A stretch of DNA of 64,000 nucleotides from a virus, in IMG/VR virus record IMGVR_UViG_3300028394_000045, positions 64,001 to 128,000 of that record; one strand, written 5' to 3'. Positions 16,859 to 26,896 of the stretch are shown here, piece by piece. Made by a program: the position numbers and the translations under genes. Each line of letters starts with the position of its first letter. Position 1 is the first letter of the stretch. Under the pieces are notes generated by a model, which saw only the letters and a list, made by a program, of their open reading frames with translations, did no database searches and had not been told where the DNA came from.

Positions 16859-19753
16859 ATGGCTACTGTTAATAGTAATGGACTTATCAGGAACAAGCAG
16901 GATGAAATTGCGTTTCTTAACAAATACATAGCCAGTTTAGAAGCTGATCTTACCAAACCCGAATACGCTCTTCCGGGATATCAGAAACAATTACTAACGC
17001 GGATTGCTGCCAGCAAAGAACAGCTGGCAGGTGTAGAAACCGCAGTGGCAGAGGCTCCAGCTGTGGCTGCTGCACAACCAACTCCCAGTTCTACTGCCGC
17101 CTCGGCTCCGACCCCTGTTGAGCCGGGACCGGGCACTACCGGAACAGTGGTTGCCAAAGCTGCTCCACCCACGGCTGGTGCTCCCGTCTATGGTCCTAAT
17201 ACAGTATACACAACTGAAGTCAATGGCGTAGGCAATAAGCCTGTTAGTAGAGAAGAAACGGCAGCAACACCTGCTGTTCGAGTTAATGTGACCGGTGTTG
17301 GCCCAAAAATTATATTACCAACACCCAATGTACTGGACAAATTCAGCAGCTACACATATCAGGCGTCGGTCTATCTATTGACTCCTGCACAGTATGGTAA
17401 TTTTCAAGATGGCAATAGGATTATTCCCAACAGCCAACTCTTGTTCCAGAGTGGAGGCAAAGCCCCGGGCACTGGTAATAAATTTTTTGATCATGATTTT
17501 TACATAGACAACATAACCATAGAAACTCTCATGGCCGGCAAACAGACCCAAGGCGCGCACATGGCCACAGATATAAAATTCACTGTGACCGAGCCCACAG
17601 GTATCACACTGTTAGACAGACTAAAAAATGCTGTGAAAGCTCAACGTCCAGCCGGTGATAAATCCAACTGGGCAGCAGCGCACTATCTCATGGTCATAAG
17701 TTTTTTTGGTTACGATCAAACCGGCAATCTAGTCACACCTGGCAATACTGCAACCACAGCCGGCGCTCAGAATTCAAAAGCGGTTGTGGTAAAATACATT
17801 CCTTTTTTGATAAAAGGTGTCAATTGGTCAGTGGGTAACAAATTAGTCAGCTATGAGTTTACTGGTGCACCAGTGGGACAGCTGACTGGCGGCAGTTCAA
17901 AAAGTGGAACTATCTCATCAGATTTTCAGATCACTGCCGGCACGGTGGGTGAATTTTTTGGCGGCAGATCTATCACTTCAGCAGGACCTGCTGACGCTCC
18001 GGCAGATTCTCCTGGGCAGAGCACCACGCCATTCAAAAGCACCGGTGGCGGCGGAGCAAACGCACCCGAACCTGCTGTGGCAGCGCCTACGTCTTCTGCC
18101 GGGGGATTAGTGGAAGCACTAAACGCAAATGCAAAACGAGTAGCAAAGCAATCTGGATGGCAACAGCCCGACACATACGACATTGTGTTTGTGAATGCTG
18201 AAGAAATTAAATCGGCTTCGTTGGGAGCCTTGGAAACTTTCAAAGACAAGAAGATTGTGCCAATGGGTCGACCTGCATTTCTGTCACCTGGCAGTTTGGA
18301 TTCCTCTAAGACCCCTGCTTCCATTACCAGATATACGATTCCCATAACTGCCGGAATGCCTATTATCAAAATGCTGGATCTTGTCATACGTGACAGCCGA
18401 TACATTACACAAAAGCAAATAACAAAAAATGATTCCGACGGCGGCACAGGTGCAAGCAGCAATAACACTGATCCACCAACCTGGTATCTGATCACATTTT
18501 CTGCCAGGCCCATTGGCGACGCCATTGATCCCATCCGAAACGATTATGCCTACAACATGCGATATACCATAACCAAGTATGCAGTACCAAATTTACATAG
18601 CACTAGATTTCCTGTATTGAAAACATTTCCGGGGCTACACAAAGAATACAAATATTGGTTCACCGGAGAAAACAAAGCCATACTTGATTTCTCGGCAAGA
18701 TTTGACAGCATGTACCAAATGACAGTCAATGGTGCCGGCGACACATCGGCCTTGGATGCACAGACGAGGATACTATCTGCCAGCAAAAATGATCTTTATC
18801 GAGATGAAGTTTACCTTTTAAAAACAGGATATGCACCTCGAAGCACACAACCTGTGGGCCTTGGGTCCAACAATGTCAACGAAGGCAGCGCGAATGCTGC
18901 CGAATATCTTTACTCGCCCGAAATGCTAGGCAGCTCTAAGATCCGAATAATCGGCGATCCTGCCTGGATACAGCAAGGTAGTTTGGTTAGCCCTATCGGG
19001 ATCAATGGATTCAAACAAGAAGCTGATCTGGGATTTTTGCCCGACGGCACTATTTCTTTTGATACCGTACAAGCATTATACGAGATTGCATGGCAACGTC
19101 CCGAGGACTATGATATCTCCACCGGCCTGGCTGATCCGTATGCCAAAACATTCCAAAAATATGGCGAACGAGAACCATTGCAAAGTAATATCTATCAGGC
19201 AACAAAGGTAGTGCATGAATTCCGTAACGGACAATTTGAACAGACCATTGAAGGATTGATATGCCTGTTCAACAAACCAAAGCAGATCACCACAGCAGCC
19301 CAATACTCAGCTGCAGATAGTAGTCGAGTGGCCATTGGTGAGTCTCCAAGCGAGCGAACTCAACCTGCAACAGCATCGGCGTCAAACAGATTTGCAACCA
19401 ATACTAATACAGCAGCAGCATCAGTGGTATCGGCAGCAGCACTCAGCACAGGCACCACACCGGCCCCGGCCCAGCCGGCAGCAGTTGCCGGTTCAAATGT
19501 ACCAGCTACCACAGCAGAACAATATGCCGCGATAGATAACGCTCGGGGCCCAATAACTGAAGTGCAAAATGTGGTACCGTCATTGCCTCCCACAGCAGTG
19601 ACCAGCAATGGACAAACAGTGGGCGGATACGGATTTGGGGCAGTACTGAATTCACCTCCGGTACTGGTGCCCGGTGCAGGCCGAACATCAATTGATGCAT
19701 TGCAGGCTTCCGCAGTAAATATACCACCTTATCTAACACGTAGAGATCCATAA
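16859..19753 (+). CDS. Baseplate hub protein (gp27-like position)
   Basis: Lies between the gp53-like gene and the spike gene; FTVTEPTG, IIGDPAWI, Y...V.H.F..GQFEQ; low-complexity termini. Confidence 0.55.
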   Translation: MATVNSNGLIRNKQDEIAFLNKYIASLEADLTKPEYALPGYQKQLLTRIAASKEQLAGVETAVAEAPAVAAAQPTPSSTAASAPTPVEPGPGTTGTVVAKAAPPTAGAPVYGPNTVYTTEVNGVGNKPVSREETAATPAVRVNVTGVGPKIILPTPNVLDKFSSYTYQASVYLLTPAQYGNFQDGNRIIPNSQLLFQSGGKAPGTGNKFFDHDFYIDNITIETLMAGKQTQGAHMATDIKFTVTEPTGITLLDRLKNAVKAQRPAGDKSNWAAAHYLMVISFFGYDQTGNLVTPGNTATTAGAQNSKAVVVKYIPFLIKGVNWSVGNKLVSYEFTGAPVGQLTGGSSKSGTISSDFQITAGTVGEFFGGRSITSAGPADAPADSPGQSTTPFKSTGGGGANAPEPAVAAPTSSAGGLVEALNANAKRVAKQSGWQQPDTYDIVFVNAEEIKSASLGALETFKDKKIVPMGRPAFLSPGSLDSSKTPASITRYTIPITAGMPIIKMLDLVIRDSRYITQKQITKNDSDGGTGASSNNTDPPTWYLITFSARPIGDAIDPIRNDYAYNMRYTITKYAVPNLHSTRFPVLKTFPGLHKEYKYWFTGENKAILDFSARFDSMYQMTVNGAGDTSALDAQTRILSASKNDLYRDEVYLLKTGYAPRSTQPVGLGSNNVNEGSANAAEYLYSPEMLGSSKIRIIGDPAWIQQGSLVSPIGINGFKQEADLGFLPDGTISFDTVQALYEIAWQRPEDYDISTGLADPYAKTFQKYGEREPLQSNIYQATKVVHEFRNGQFEQTIEGLICLFNKPKQITTAAQYSAADSSRVAIGESPSERTQPATASASNRFATNTNTAAASVVSAAALSTGTTPAPAQPAAVAGSNVPATTAEQYAAIDNARGPITEVQNVVPSLPPTAVTSNGQTVGGYGFGAVLNSPPVLVPGAGRTSIDALQASAVNIPPYLTRRDP

Positions 19754-21300
19754 TGGCAAATAATATTCAGCGCAATAAAAAAGACCCCAGTTATAGATTT
19801 GATCGTGGTGGATACCCGGCAGAATTTGGTCCATTCACTGGAGTGATCAAATCTACTGTGGATCCTACTAGATCTGGTAGACTGCAGGTATACATTGACG
19901 CGTTTGTTTCCGGGAATCCCGGAACCAATGTGGTTGCCGCAACTTCGCCCGAGGACGATCCTCAGAATTGGACCACGGTCAGCTACATGCAACAATTTGG
20001 TGGGTCTACCCCTCCACCTCCTGCTGGTGGGTCTACCGACTCACTCGGCAGCTACCCAGGAAATCAAAACAGCTATGGCATGTGGTTTACTCCGCCGGAT
20101 GTGGGTGTGACTGTGCTGTGTGTATTTGTGAACGGTCAACGAGATCAAGGATACTACATTGGTACTGTGCCTGAACAAGGGCTAGGCGGCATGTTGCCGG
20201 CCATTGGGTCCAGTTCACAATATATCATTGATGACAATAACGAAAACCAAAAACAATATTTTAATGCAGTTCCGTTATTGCCAGTATCGGAAATCAATAC
20301 CAATAACTCAGAAATTTTTAATAATCCGGCATTCTTCAATCAACCTAAACCTGTACATAGTTATGTGGCAGGCATCATGTTCCAGCAAGGGCTTATAAAC
20401 GATCCTGAGCGCGGACCCATCAGAAGTTCCAGTCAACGTGAAACACCCAGTGCTGTGTTTGGAGTGAGTACTCCGGGCGGTCCTATCTATCAGGGTGGTA
20501 TGAAACCCAAAAACATTCGAAAGCAAATAAACGACGGAACTATTAAACCAGGGCAGGCAGAGGTGTTAGGGCGGGTGGGCGGTCATACTTTGGTAATGGA
20601 TGATGGTGACCTTGAAGATAACAATCAACTATTCCGACTAAGAACCAGCAAAGGTCATCAGATTACCATGAATGATAGCGGAAACTTTTTCTATATTGTT
20701 CATGCCAATGGGCAAACCTGGTTGGAGTTTGGAGCAGAAGGCACAGTAGATATATATTCTACCAACTCTATCAACATGCGTACCGCAGGGGATATAAATT
20801 TCCACGCGGACAGAGACATCAACATGTTTGCCGGTAGAAACGTACAGATCAAAAGTACTAATCGCATGCAGTTAGAAAGTGCAGGCAACATGGTACTCAA
20901 TGCGCAACAAGACATAACCATGTACAGCAAAGCCACCATTGGAGTCAAAGCTGACGGTGCCCTCACTATCAACAGTGCGTCCGGCAGCTGGGGTAGTGGC
21001 AGTGAATTAATAGTCACTGCGGAGCAGGTTGATATCAATGGACCAGCTGCCGGCCGTGTTGCCACACCCAACCCGGTGACCAAAACTCTTTTTTCAGACA
21101 TACAATTCAGCACCAGCAACGGTTGGGTGGCTGCACCCGATGATTTGAACAGTATTTGCAGCAGGATAGTCACGCATGAACCATATCCATATCACAACAA
21201 AGGTGTGGATGTTCCTACGTTCAACTTTGAAAAAGGAAAACCCACACCGCCACCGGGTGCAGAGCCGGTGCCCGCCGGCGTAGAAATCATAGCGAAATAA
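19753..21300 (+). CDS. gp5: Central spike protein, gp5/VgrG-like
   Basis: OB-fold DPTRSGRLQVYI...GMWFTPPDVG, GH-x-MDD repeats, beta-helix repeats, C-terminal HEPYPYH. Confidence 0.8.
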   Translation: MANNIQRNKKDPSYRFDRGGYPAEFGPFTGVIKSTVDPTRSGRLQVYIDAFVSGNPGTNVVAATSPEDDPQNWTTVSYMQQFGGSTPPPPAGGSTDSLGSYPGNQNSYGMWFTPPDVGVTVLCVFVNGQRDQGYYIGTVPEQGLGGMLPAIGSSSQYIIDDNNENQKQYFNAVPLLPVSEINTNNSEIFNNPAFFNQPKPVHSYVAGIMFQQGLINDPERGPIRSSSQRETPSAVFGVSTPGGPIYQGGMKPKNIRKQINDGTIKPGQAEVLGRVGGHTLVMDDGDLEDNNQLFRLRTSKGHQITMNDSGNFFYIVHANGQTWLEFGAEGTVDIYSTNSINMRTAGDINFHADRDINMFAGRNVQIKSTNRMQLESAGNMVLNAQQDITMYSKATIGVKADGALTINSASGSWGSGSELIVTAEQVDINGPAAGRVATPNPVTKTLFSDIQFSTSNGWVAAPDDLNSICSRIVTHEPYPYHNKGVDVPTFNFEKGKPTPPPGAEPVPAGVEIIAK

Positions 21301-21301
21301 C

Positions 21302-22969
21302 ATGGCCGGATTTACATTTACCTTACCCAATGGTCAGCCGTTTGAAATCAAAGGGCCGCCGGGCCTTAACTTTGATCAAGCCAAGGCCATCTTTGACAAG
21401 CAAGCTGCCACAGGATCATTGATCGGTCTCAAGCCGGGAGATGTGCTGAGTGCATCCACACAAGCCCAGGCTGGATTACAAAGTGCTCAAGCTCAAATAG
21501 GGCAAGCATTGAGTGGGGTCACAGGTTCTTTAGGCGCAGGCATACCCGGCGCAGCCGGCCTTGTAGGCAGTGCATCAAAAAGTCTAGCCGGCATAGGTGG
21601 TGCATTGAGTGGCAGTCTTTCTGCAGGTGTTCCAGGACTGACAGGAGCGATAGGCCCGGCAGTATCAAATCTCCAGGGGTCATTGTCCGGCGCAGCCGGT
21701 ACCATTGGATCATTTGCTACCACTGCTATCGGCACACTCAATAAGGCCATTAGTGGTGTACCTGGCGGTGCAACTATCAATACAGCTGATTTTGCCAAAC
21801 AGATTCCAGCATTGGGCGCAATTGGTAAACTCAGTGTGCCGGATGTGACTGGAATCATGGCATCGGCGAAAAATCTAGTGGGGCAAGCAACAGACAAACT
21901 GAGTAACTTGAAAGGAGCAGGGTCATTTGGGTTCGATGCATCTCAGTTGGAAAAAGCTGGTGTGTTTAAACCCGGAACTTCTTTGTTAGCCGCCGTAAAA
22001 GGTGCATCATTAAATGATCTGTTCAAGAGTGCATCTTCATTCACCGGTAAACTGGGGATCAAAAGTGGAGCAGATTTGCTGGCCAGTGCGCCTGCCCAGG
22101 CAAAAATACAGCAAGATCTAATGGTCAAAGGACTGGCCGGTTTATCAACTCTTGGTGTTCCAACCGGAGCTCTTAGTGCTCCTGCATTGGGTGCTGTTGT
22201 TGTCTTAGCTGCTAAAAGTGTTTCCAATGCTGTAGCTTGGCTCAAAGGAGCGCCAGCTGCGGCCGGGGTGCCAGCGTCGGCCGCAACCGCAGCGGCTGCA
22301 ATCGCACCCGGAGTTTCTAATACAGATGTGGCTAATACAACTGCATATGCGGTAAGATATACTGAACAAAAAGTGCCCGAAGTGTTCAAGGCACAAGTAA
22401 CACCTGTTCCGGCCGAAAATACCACCAATCGAGAAACACTCACTGCGGCTACCACAAGAGTACTGGGCAATGACAAGATACCTGAACCCAGCTATGTTAG
22501 CTATCCGCCAGTGTTGGGCGGAGCCACGCAACGTGCCGACCTATTGGCCGCACTGGAAGCTGCCAAGAATGACATAGAACTCACAACAAAACAACTCAAT
22601 GCCGAGGGTGAAAAATTAAAAGTGTTAGAGAATCAACAAGTAATATCTCAGCAGCAATATGATGACATGAGATTTAGTCTCAAAGCGGCAATAGACTTTG
22701 CGGTAAAAACATATGCCCTCACATATGACCCAGCACTGGCCAAGTATGATGCTGCTGTGTCAGCCGGCGGCGGCAATGGTATAGCAGGCAAGGTTATAGA
22801 AGAAACCGGCGATGTATTTGCAGCAAACAACATCACTCGAGTACAAAGCGAATTCTTTAGAATTGTACTCAGTCTCAAAGCCTTGGTCCGAGAACGGTAT
22901 AAACTAACTGCCAGCCTGGCAGAACGTGCCAAGGCATTGAAGACACGTATCTCTACCAATGTCAGCTGA
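21302..22969 (+). CDS. Gly/Ala-rich virion-associated protein of unknown function
   Basis: In the baseplate operon; long G/A/S/L-rich region and C-terminal coiled coil. Confidence 0.5.
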   Translation: MAGFTFTLPNGQPFEIKGPPGLNFDQAKAIFDKQAATGSLIGLKPGDVLSASTQAQAGLQSAQAQIGQALSGVTGSLGAGIPGAAGLVGSASKSLAGIGGALSGSLSAGVPGLTGAIGPAVSNLQGSLSGAAGTIGSFATTAIGTLNKAISGVPGGATINTADFAKQIPALGAIGKLSVPDVTGIMASAKNLVGQATDKLSNLKGAGSFGFDASQLEKAGVFKPGTSLLAAVKGASLNDLFKSASSFTGKLGIKSGADLLASAPAQAKIQQDLMVKGLAGLSTLGVPTGALSAPALGAVVVLAAKSVSNAVAWLKGAPAAAGVPASAATAAAAIAPGVSNTDVANTTAYAVRYTEQKVPEVFKAQVTPVPAENTTNRETLTAATTRVLGNDKIPEPSYVSYPPVLGGATQRADLLAALEAAKNDIELTTKQLNAEGEKLKVLENQQVISQQQYDDMRFSLKAAIDFAVKTYALTYDPALAKYDAAVSAGGGNGIAGKVIEETGDVFAANNITRVQSEFFRIVLSLKALVRERYKLTASLAERAKALKTRISTNVS

Positions 22970-22989
22970 TTTCTATTGGTAAATACGGT

Positions 22990-23367
22990 ATGGCGCAGAC
23001 ATTCATAGGTTTCAATACCATCAACCAGTATAAGAAATTCACTCTCACTGACTTTGAATTGATCAAACGCGATCTTTCCAATGCATTCAATATCCGGCAA
23101 GGTGAACTGCCAGGGCGTCCTGACTATGGCACCATAATGTGGAACTTCTTGTTTGAAAATCAAATTGAAGAACTACAGAATAGCATAGTGGCCGAAGTGC
23201 AACGTGTGGCCGGAGGAGACCCCAGAGTGTTTATTTCGGACATACAGATATTTCCTGAAGAAAACGGTATCTTGATACAGATAGAAGTCACTGTCACGCC
23301 ATCCACTGATGCCACTCGCCTGGGCATATTCTTTGATATCATAAGCCGACGAGCTAGTTTTGTTTAG
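22990..23367 (+). CDS. gp25: Baseplate wedge subunit gp25-like
   Basis: IKRDL.N.FNIRQGE...PDYGT...LFE...DPRV; TAAATA at 22980-22985. Confidence 0.88.
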   Translation: MAQTFIGFNTINQYKKFTLTDFELIKRDLSNAFNIRQGELPGRPDYGTIMWNFLFENQIEELQNSIVAEVQRVAGGDPRVFISDIQIFPEENGILIQIEVTVTPSTDATRLGIFFDIISRRASFV

Positions 23368-23369
23368 GA

Positions 23370-23400
23370 TAAACTACGCAGTTTTTTGTGTCCATAAATA
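23370..23400 (+). promoter_or_regulatory. Late promoter with extended upstream element
   Basis: TAAACTACGCAGTTTTT-N8-TAAATA. Confidence 0.6.
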
Positions 23401-23428
23401 AACAACAAGGCACAAAAGGTCAAAACCA

Positions 23429-26400
23429 ATGGCAACAACAACTAGACAAACCGCAATCTTTGGAGTAGAGGACTGGAAACAGATCTACCAGACCTATCGC
23501 GAAGCTGACTTCCAAAGCTACGATTTTGAAACTCTGCGCAAAAGTTTTGTTGATTATCTGCGCCTGTACTATCCCGAAACATTCAACGACTACATTGAGT
23601 CTAGCGAGTTTATTGCTCTGCTGGACGTGATGGCATTCATGGGCCAAGCACTGGCTTTCCGTACCGATCTCAACACACGAGAAAACTATATAGACACGGC
23701 CGAGCGTAGAGATTCAGTGGTGCAGTTGGCAAATTTAGTCAGCTACACAGCCAAACGCAACACAGAAGCACAAGGTCTGCTCAAAGTATTTTCTGTTGTC
23801 ACAACAGAAAATGTCACAGATTACAATGGTGTTAATCTCAGCAACGTCACAGTGGATTGGTCAGATCCTACCAACCCCGACTGGCAAGAACAATTCACCA
23901 CTATCATCAATGCGGCACTGGTTGATACCCAACGTGTGGGACGTCCAGGAAATCGACAGACTATCTTGGGTGTGCGCACCGATGAATATGGCATCAATCT
24001 AGTACCGGGTTTCTTGCCGGTGATCCCTTATACTGCCACAGTGGATGGAATCAACATGCCCTTTGAAGCAATGACCAGCACTTCAATTGGTGAAAACTAT
24101 CTATACGAACCAAGCCCTAAACCCAGCCAGGCATTCAACATATTGTTCCGCAATGATCAGCTGGGATTCAACAGCAACAACACCGGTTATTTTTTTATGT
24201 TCAAGCAGGGCGTGCTACAGAATCAAGACTTCAACCTGCCCGAGCGTATTTCTAACCGTACTGTAAATATCAACATTGACGGTGTCAATCAAGAAGATCG
24301 TTGGTTGTTTCAATTGGATAATGTGGGCAACATCAACCGTGAATGGCAGTATCAGGAAAACATTTACTCGGCTGCCGCAGAACAGATTGGAACTAGCCTA
24401 CGTCCTATATTTGCCGTGACCAGCAGAGCCAATGATCAGATCACATTGGTGTTTGGCGACGGCGTATTCAGTGAAATACCAGTTGGTACATTCCGTTGCT
24501 ATGTCCGTGCATCCAATGGATTACAGTACATTATCAATCCTGAAGAAATGCAAGCAGTCAGCTTGCCTATCAGTTATATCAGTCGCAGTGGCAATCTTGA
24601 AACTGTAACTTTCACTTGTGGTATCACACAACCTGTGAGCAATAGTCAATCGCGCGAACCTATCGCTCAGATCAAACAACGTGCCCCGGCACAGTATTAC
24701 ACACAAAACAGAATGGTCAATGGCGAGGATTACAATCTCTTTCCATACACTCAGTATAACTCCATTCTCAAGAGCAAGGCAGTAAATCGTGCCAGCATCG
24801 GCACCAGCCGTTATCTTGATCTAGTGGATAACACCGGCAAATACAGTAGTACCAATACCTTTGGCAGCGACGGCGGTCTATGGGAACAAAATGTATTGCC
24901 TACCATACTATTCACATGGAATACCAGGAATGAAATCGCAGATGTCATAACAAATCAAGTGCAACCACAACTGCTTGCGCCCATTGTAAAGCAATTCTAC
25001 TATGCAAATTTTCCTCGTCAAGCGGTCAATACAGGAACCACAGCACTGAGCACTTGGCAACAAAGTACCACTCTGGCCAATCAAACCACTGGGTTCTTCC
25101 GTAACAGCACGGTCAGCAGCACTTGGCCCAGCGGCACACCCATACCAGTGGGCAATGTTGTGAGCATAACAAACCCATTTTACTTTGTGACACCAGGAGC
25201 ATTGATCAAATTCGTTTCACCCACTGGATACTATTTTGATCGTAACAATCGATTGGTACAAGGATCTCCCACTCGTTCAGATGAAACAGTAGAAATCTGG
25301 GCCAGCCCGTTACAGGTGCTTGGGGATGGGTACAATGGTGGATTGGGTAATCTTCCATCCGGTACAGGACCAATCACATTGAACAATTTTGTCCCTACCG
25401 GCGCTATTGTTGACAGCATCATTCCGTTGTTTGTGACAGACTTGCCATTGTCTCTGGAAACAGCCATCAGTGAGCAGATCGTGTTGTATCGCAATTTTGG
25501 ATTGGGATACGACAACGATGGATCTGTCACAGGAACTCCGTATTCGTGGTATCTGATCACCAGCACCAACTTGGATCAAGATGCTGCCTGGAGCCAAACA
25601 GTACCGGGCCTGGCTGGTAACACCAACGGGGTCAATACAGATGCCAGTTGGTTGATACAGTTTGTCACAGTGAATCAAAGCTACACAATTACTTTCCGTG
25701 GATTACAATACAATTTTGGATCTGTATTACAGACCCGATTCTTCTTTTATGATGGCCAACAAGTTTATGACAGCCGCACTGGCACAGTGATCAAGGATTA
25801 TGTCAATGTGTTGGCAGTCAATACACAACCAGATTCTACTGCACACTTACCTGGTGATATTCCAATGACCATCATCGGCCAACCAGTTGAAAGTGATGGA
25901 TACGTGGATGACTTCCAGGTACTGGTCAGCTATCGAGATTCTGACAGTGATGGTGTGCCGGACAATCCAGACTTCTTTACAGAAATAGTGGCTCCTGCCA
26001 CAAATGCAAATGAAAAATTAGTTTTCTTGCAGCAGACTGTGGATTTTGATAATTTGCAACGCTATCTGTTGGTAGAACAAGGACGAGTGAATTCAGACTA
26101 TGCCACTATAGATGATATTGAATTGGTCAAGAGTGAATGGTCTCCGGGCCAGGTATTTTATGCCTACAGCCAAGACACATTCTACGAACTCAGCATTTCG
26201 GTAACTGGAGTACGCACATTAGTTGAAGTATCAGGGTGGATAGCACGTACAGGACGCCAGAGCCTTTACTATCAGTATCGTCACAACTCACCATTAACCA
26301 ACAGGATAGATCCAGGCACTACCAATATCATTGATCTGTATGTGGTGCCCCAGGCCTATTACACCTCTTATCAAAATTGGATCAGAGATACTACTGGTAC

Positions 26401-26896
26401 AGTAGCACAACCTGATCTACCCACCATTGACGAACTGAACACAGCATACCAAGGGCTGCAGAATTACAAAATGATCAGCGACAACATTATCCTGAACCCG
26501 GTGATATTTAAACCAATGTTTGGTATGAAAGCAGCACCAGAACTTCGTGCTACCATCAAAGTTATTCGCGCTTCTAATAGCACAGCCAGCACCAGTGAGA
26601 TCAAGAGTTCAGTTGTGGCCGAGATGAATACTTACTTCAGCATTGACAAATGGAATTTTGGAGACACATTTTATTTCTCTGAGCTGGCAGCATATCTACA
26701 CCGTATGTTAGGAACCATCATCAGTTCAGTGGTATTGGTACCACTGAACTCACAGAAGTATTTTGGTGATTTATATGAGGTACGGTCGGCCCCCAATGAG
26801 TTGTTCGTTAATGCAGCAACCATTGACAATATTGAAGTGATTGAAGCACTTACCAGTACCAATCTGCGTACTGCACCAGGCAGCGGAGTAATTTAA
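23429..26896 (+). CDS. gp6: Baseplate wedge subunit gp6-like
   Basis: DFETLRKS, DYIESSE, TAERRDSV..LA...SY, FGDGVF, QNRMVNGEDY; follows gp25. Confidence 0.88.
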   Translation: MATTTRQTAIFGVEDWKQIYQTYREADFQSYDFETLRKSFVDYLRLYYPETFNDYIESSEFIALLDVMAFMGQALAFRTDLNTRENYIDTAERRDSVVQLANLVSYTAKRNTEAQGLLKVFSVVTTENVTDYNGVNLSNVTVDWSDPTNPDWQEQFTTIINAALVDTQRVGRPGNRQTILGVRTDEYGINLVPGFLPVIPYTATVDGINMPFEAMTSTSIGENYLYEPSPKPSQAFNILFRNDQLGFNSNNTGYFFMFKQGVLQNQDFNLPERISNRTVNINIDGVNQEDRWLFQLDNVGNINREWQYQENIYSAAAEQIGTSLRPIFAVTSRANDQITLVFGDGVFSEIPVGTFRCYVRASNGLQYIINPEEMQAVSLPISYISRSGNLETVTFTCGITQPVSNSQSREPIAQIKQRAPAQYYTQNRMVNGEDYNLFPYTQYNSILKSKAVNRASIGTSRYLDLVDNTGKYSSTNTFGSDGGLWEQNVLPTILFTWNTRNEIADVITNQVQPQLLAPIVKQFYYANFPRQAVNTGTTALSTWQQSTTLANQTTGFFRNSTVSSTWPSGTPIPVGNVVSITNPFYFVTPGALIKFVSPTGYYFDRNNRLVQGSPTRSDETVEIWASPLQVLGDGYNGGLGNLPSGTGPITLNNFVPTGAIVDSIIPLFVTDLPLSLETAISEQIVLYRNFGLGYDNDGSVTGTPYSWYLITSTNLDQDAAWSQTVPGLAGNTNGVNTDASWLIQFVTVNQSYTITFRGLQYNFGSVLQTRFFFYDGQQVYDSRTGTVIKDYVNVLAVNTQPDSTAHLPGDIPMTIIGQPVESDGYVDDFQVLVSYRDSDSDGVPDNPDFFTEIVAPATNANEKLVFLQQTVDFDNLQRYLLVEQGRVNSDYATIDDIELVKSEWSPGQVFYAYSQDTFYELSISVTGVRTLVEVSGWIARTGRQSLYYQYRHNSPLTNRIDPGTTNIIDLYVVPQAYYTSYQNWIRDTTGTVAQPDLPTIDELNTAYQGLQNYKMISDNIILNPVIFKPMFGMKAAPELRATIKVIRASNSTASTSEIKSSVVAEMNTYFSIDKWNFGDTFYFSELAAYLHRMLGTIISSVVLVPLNSQKYFGDLYEVRSAPNELFVNAATIDNIEVIEALTSTNLRTAPGSGVI

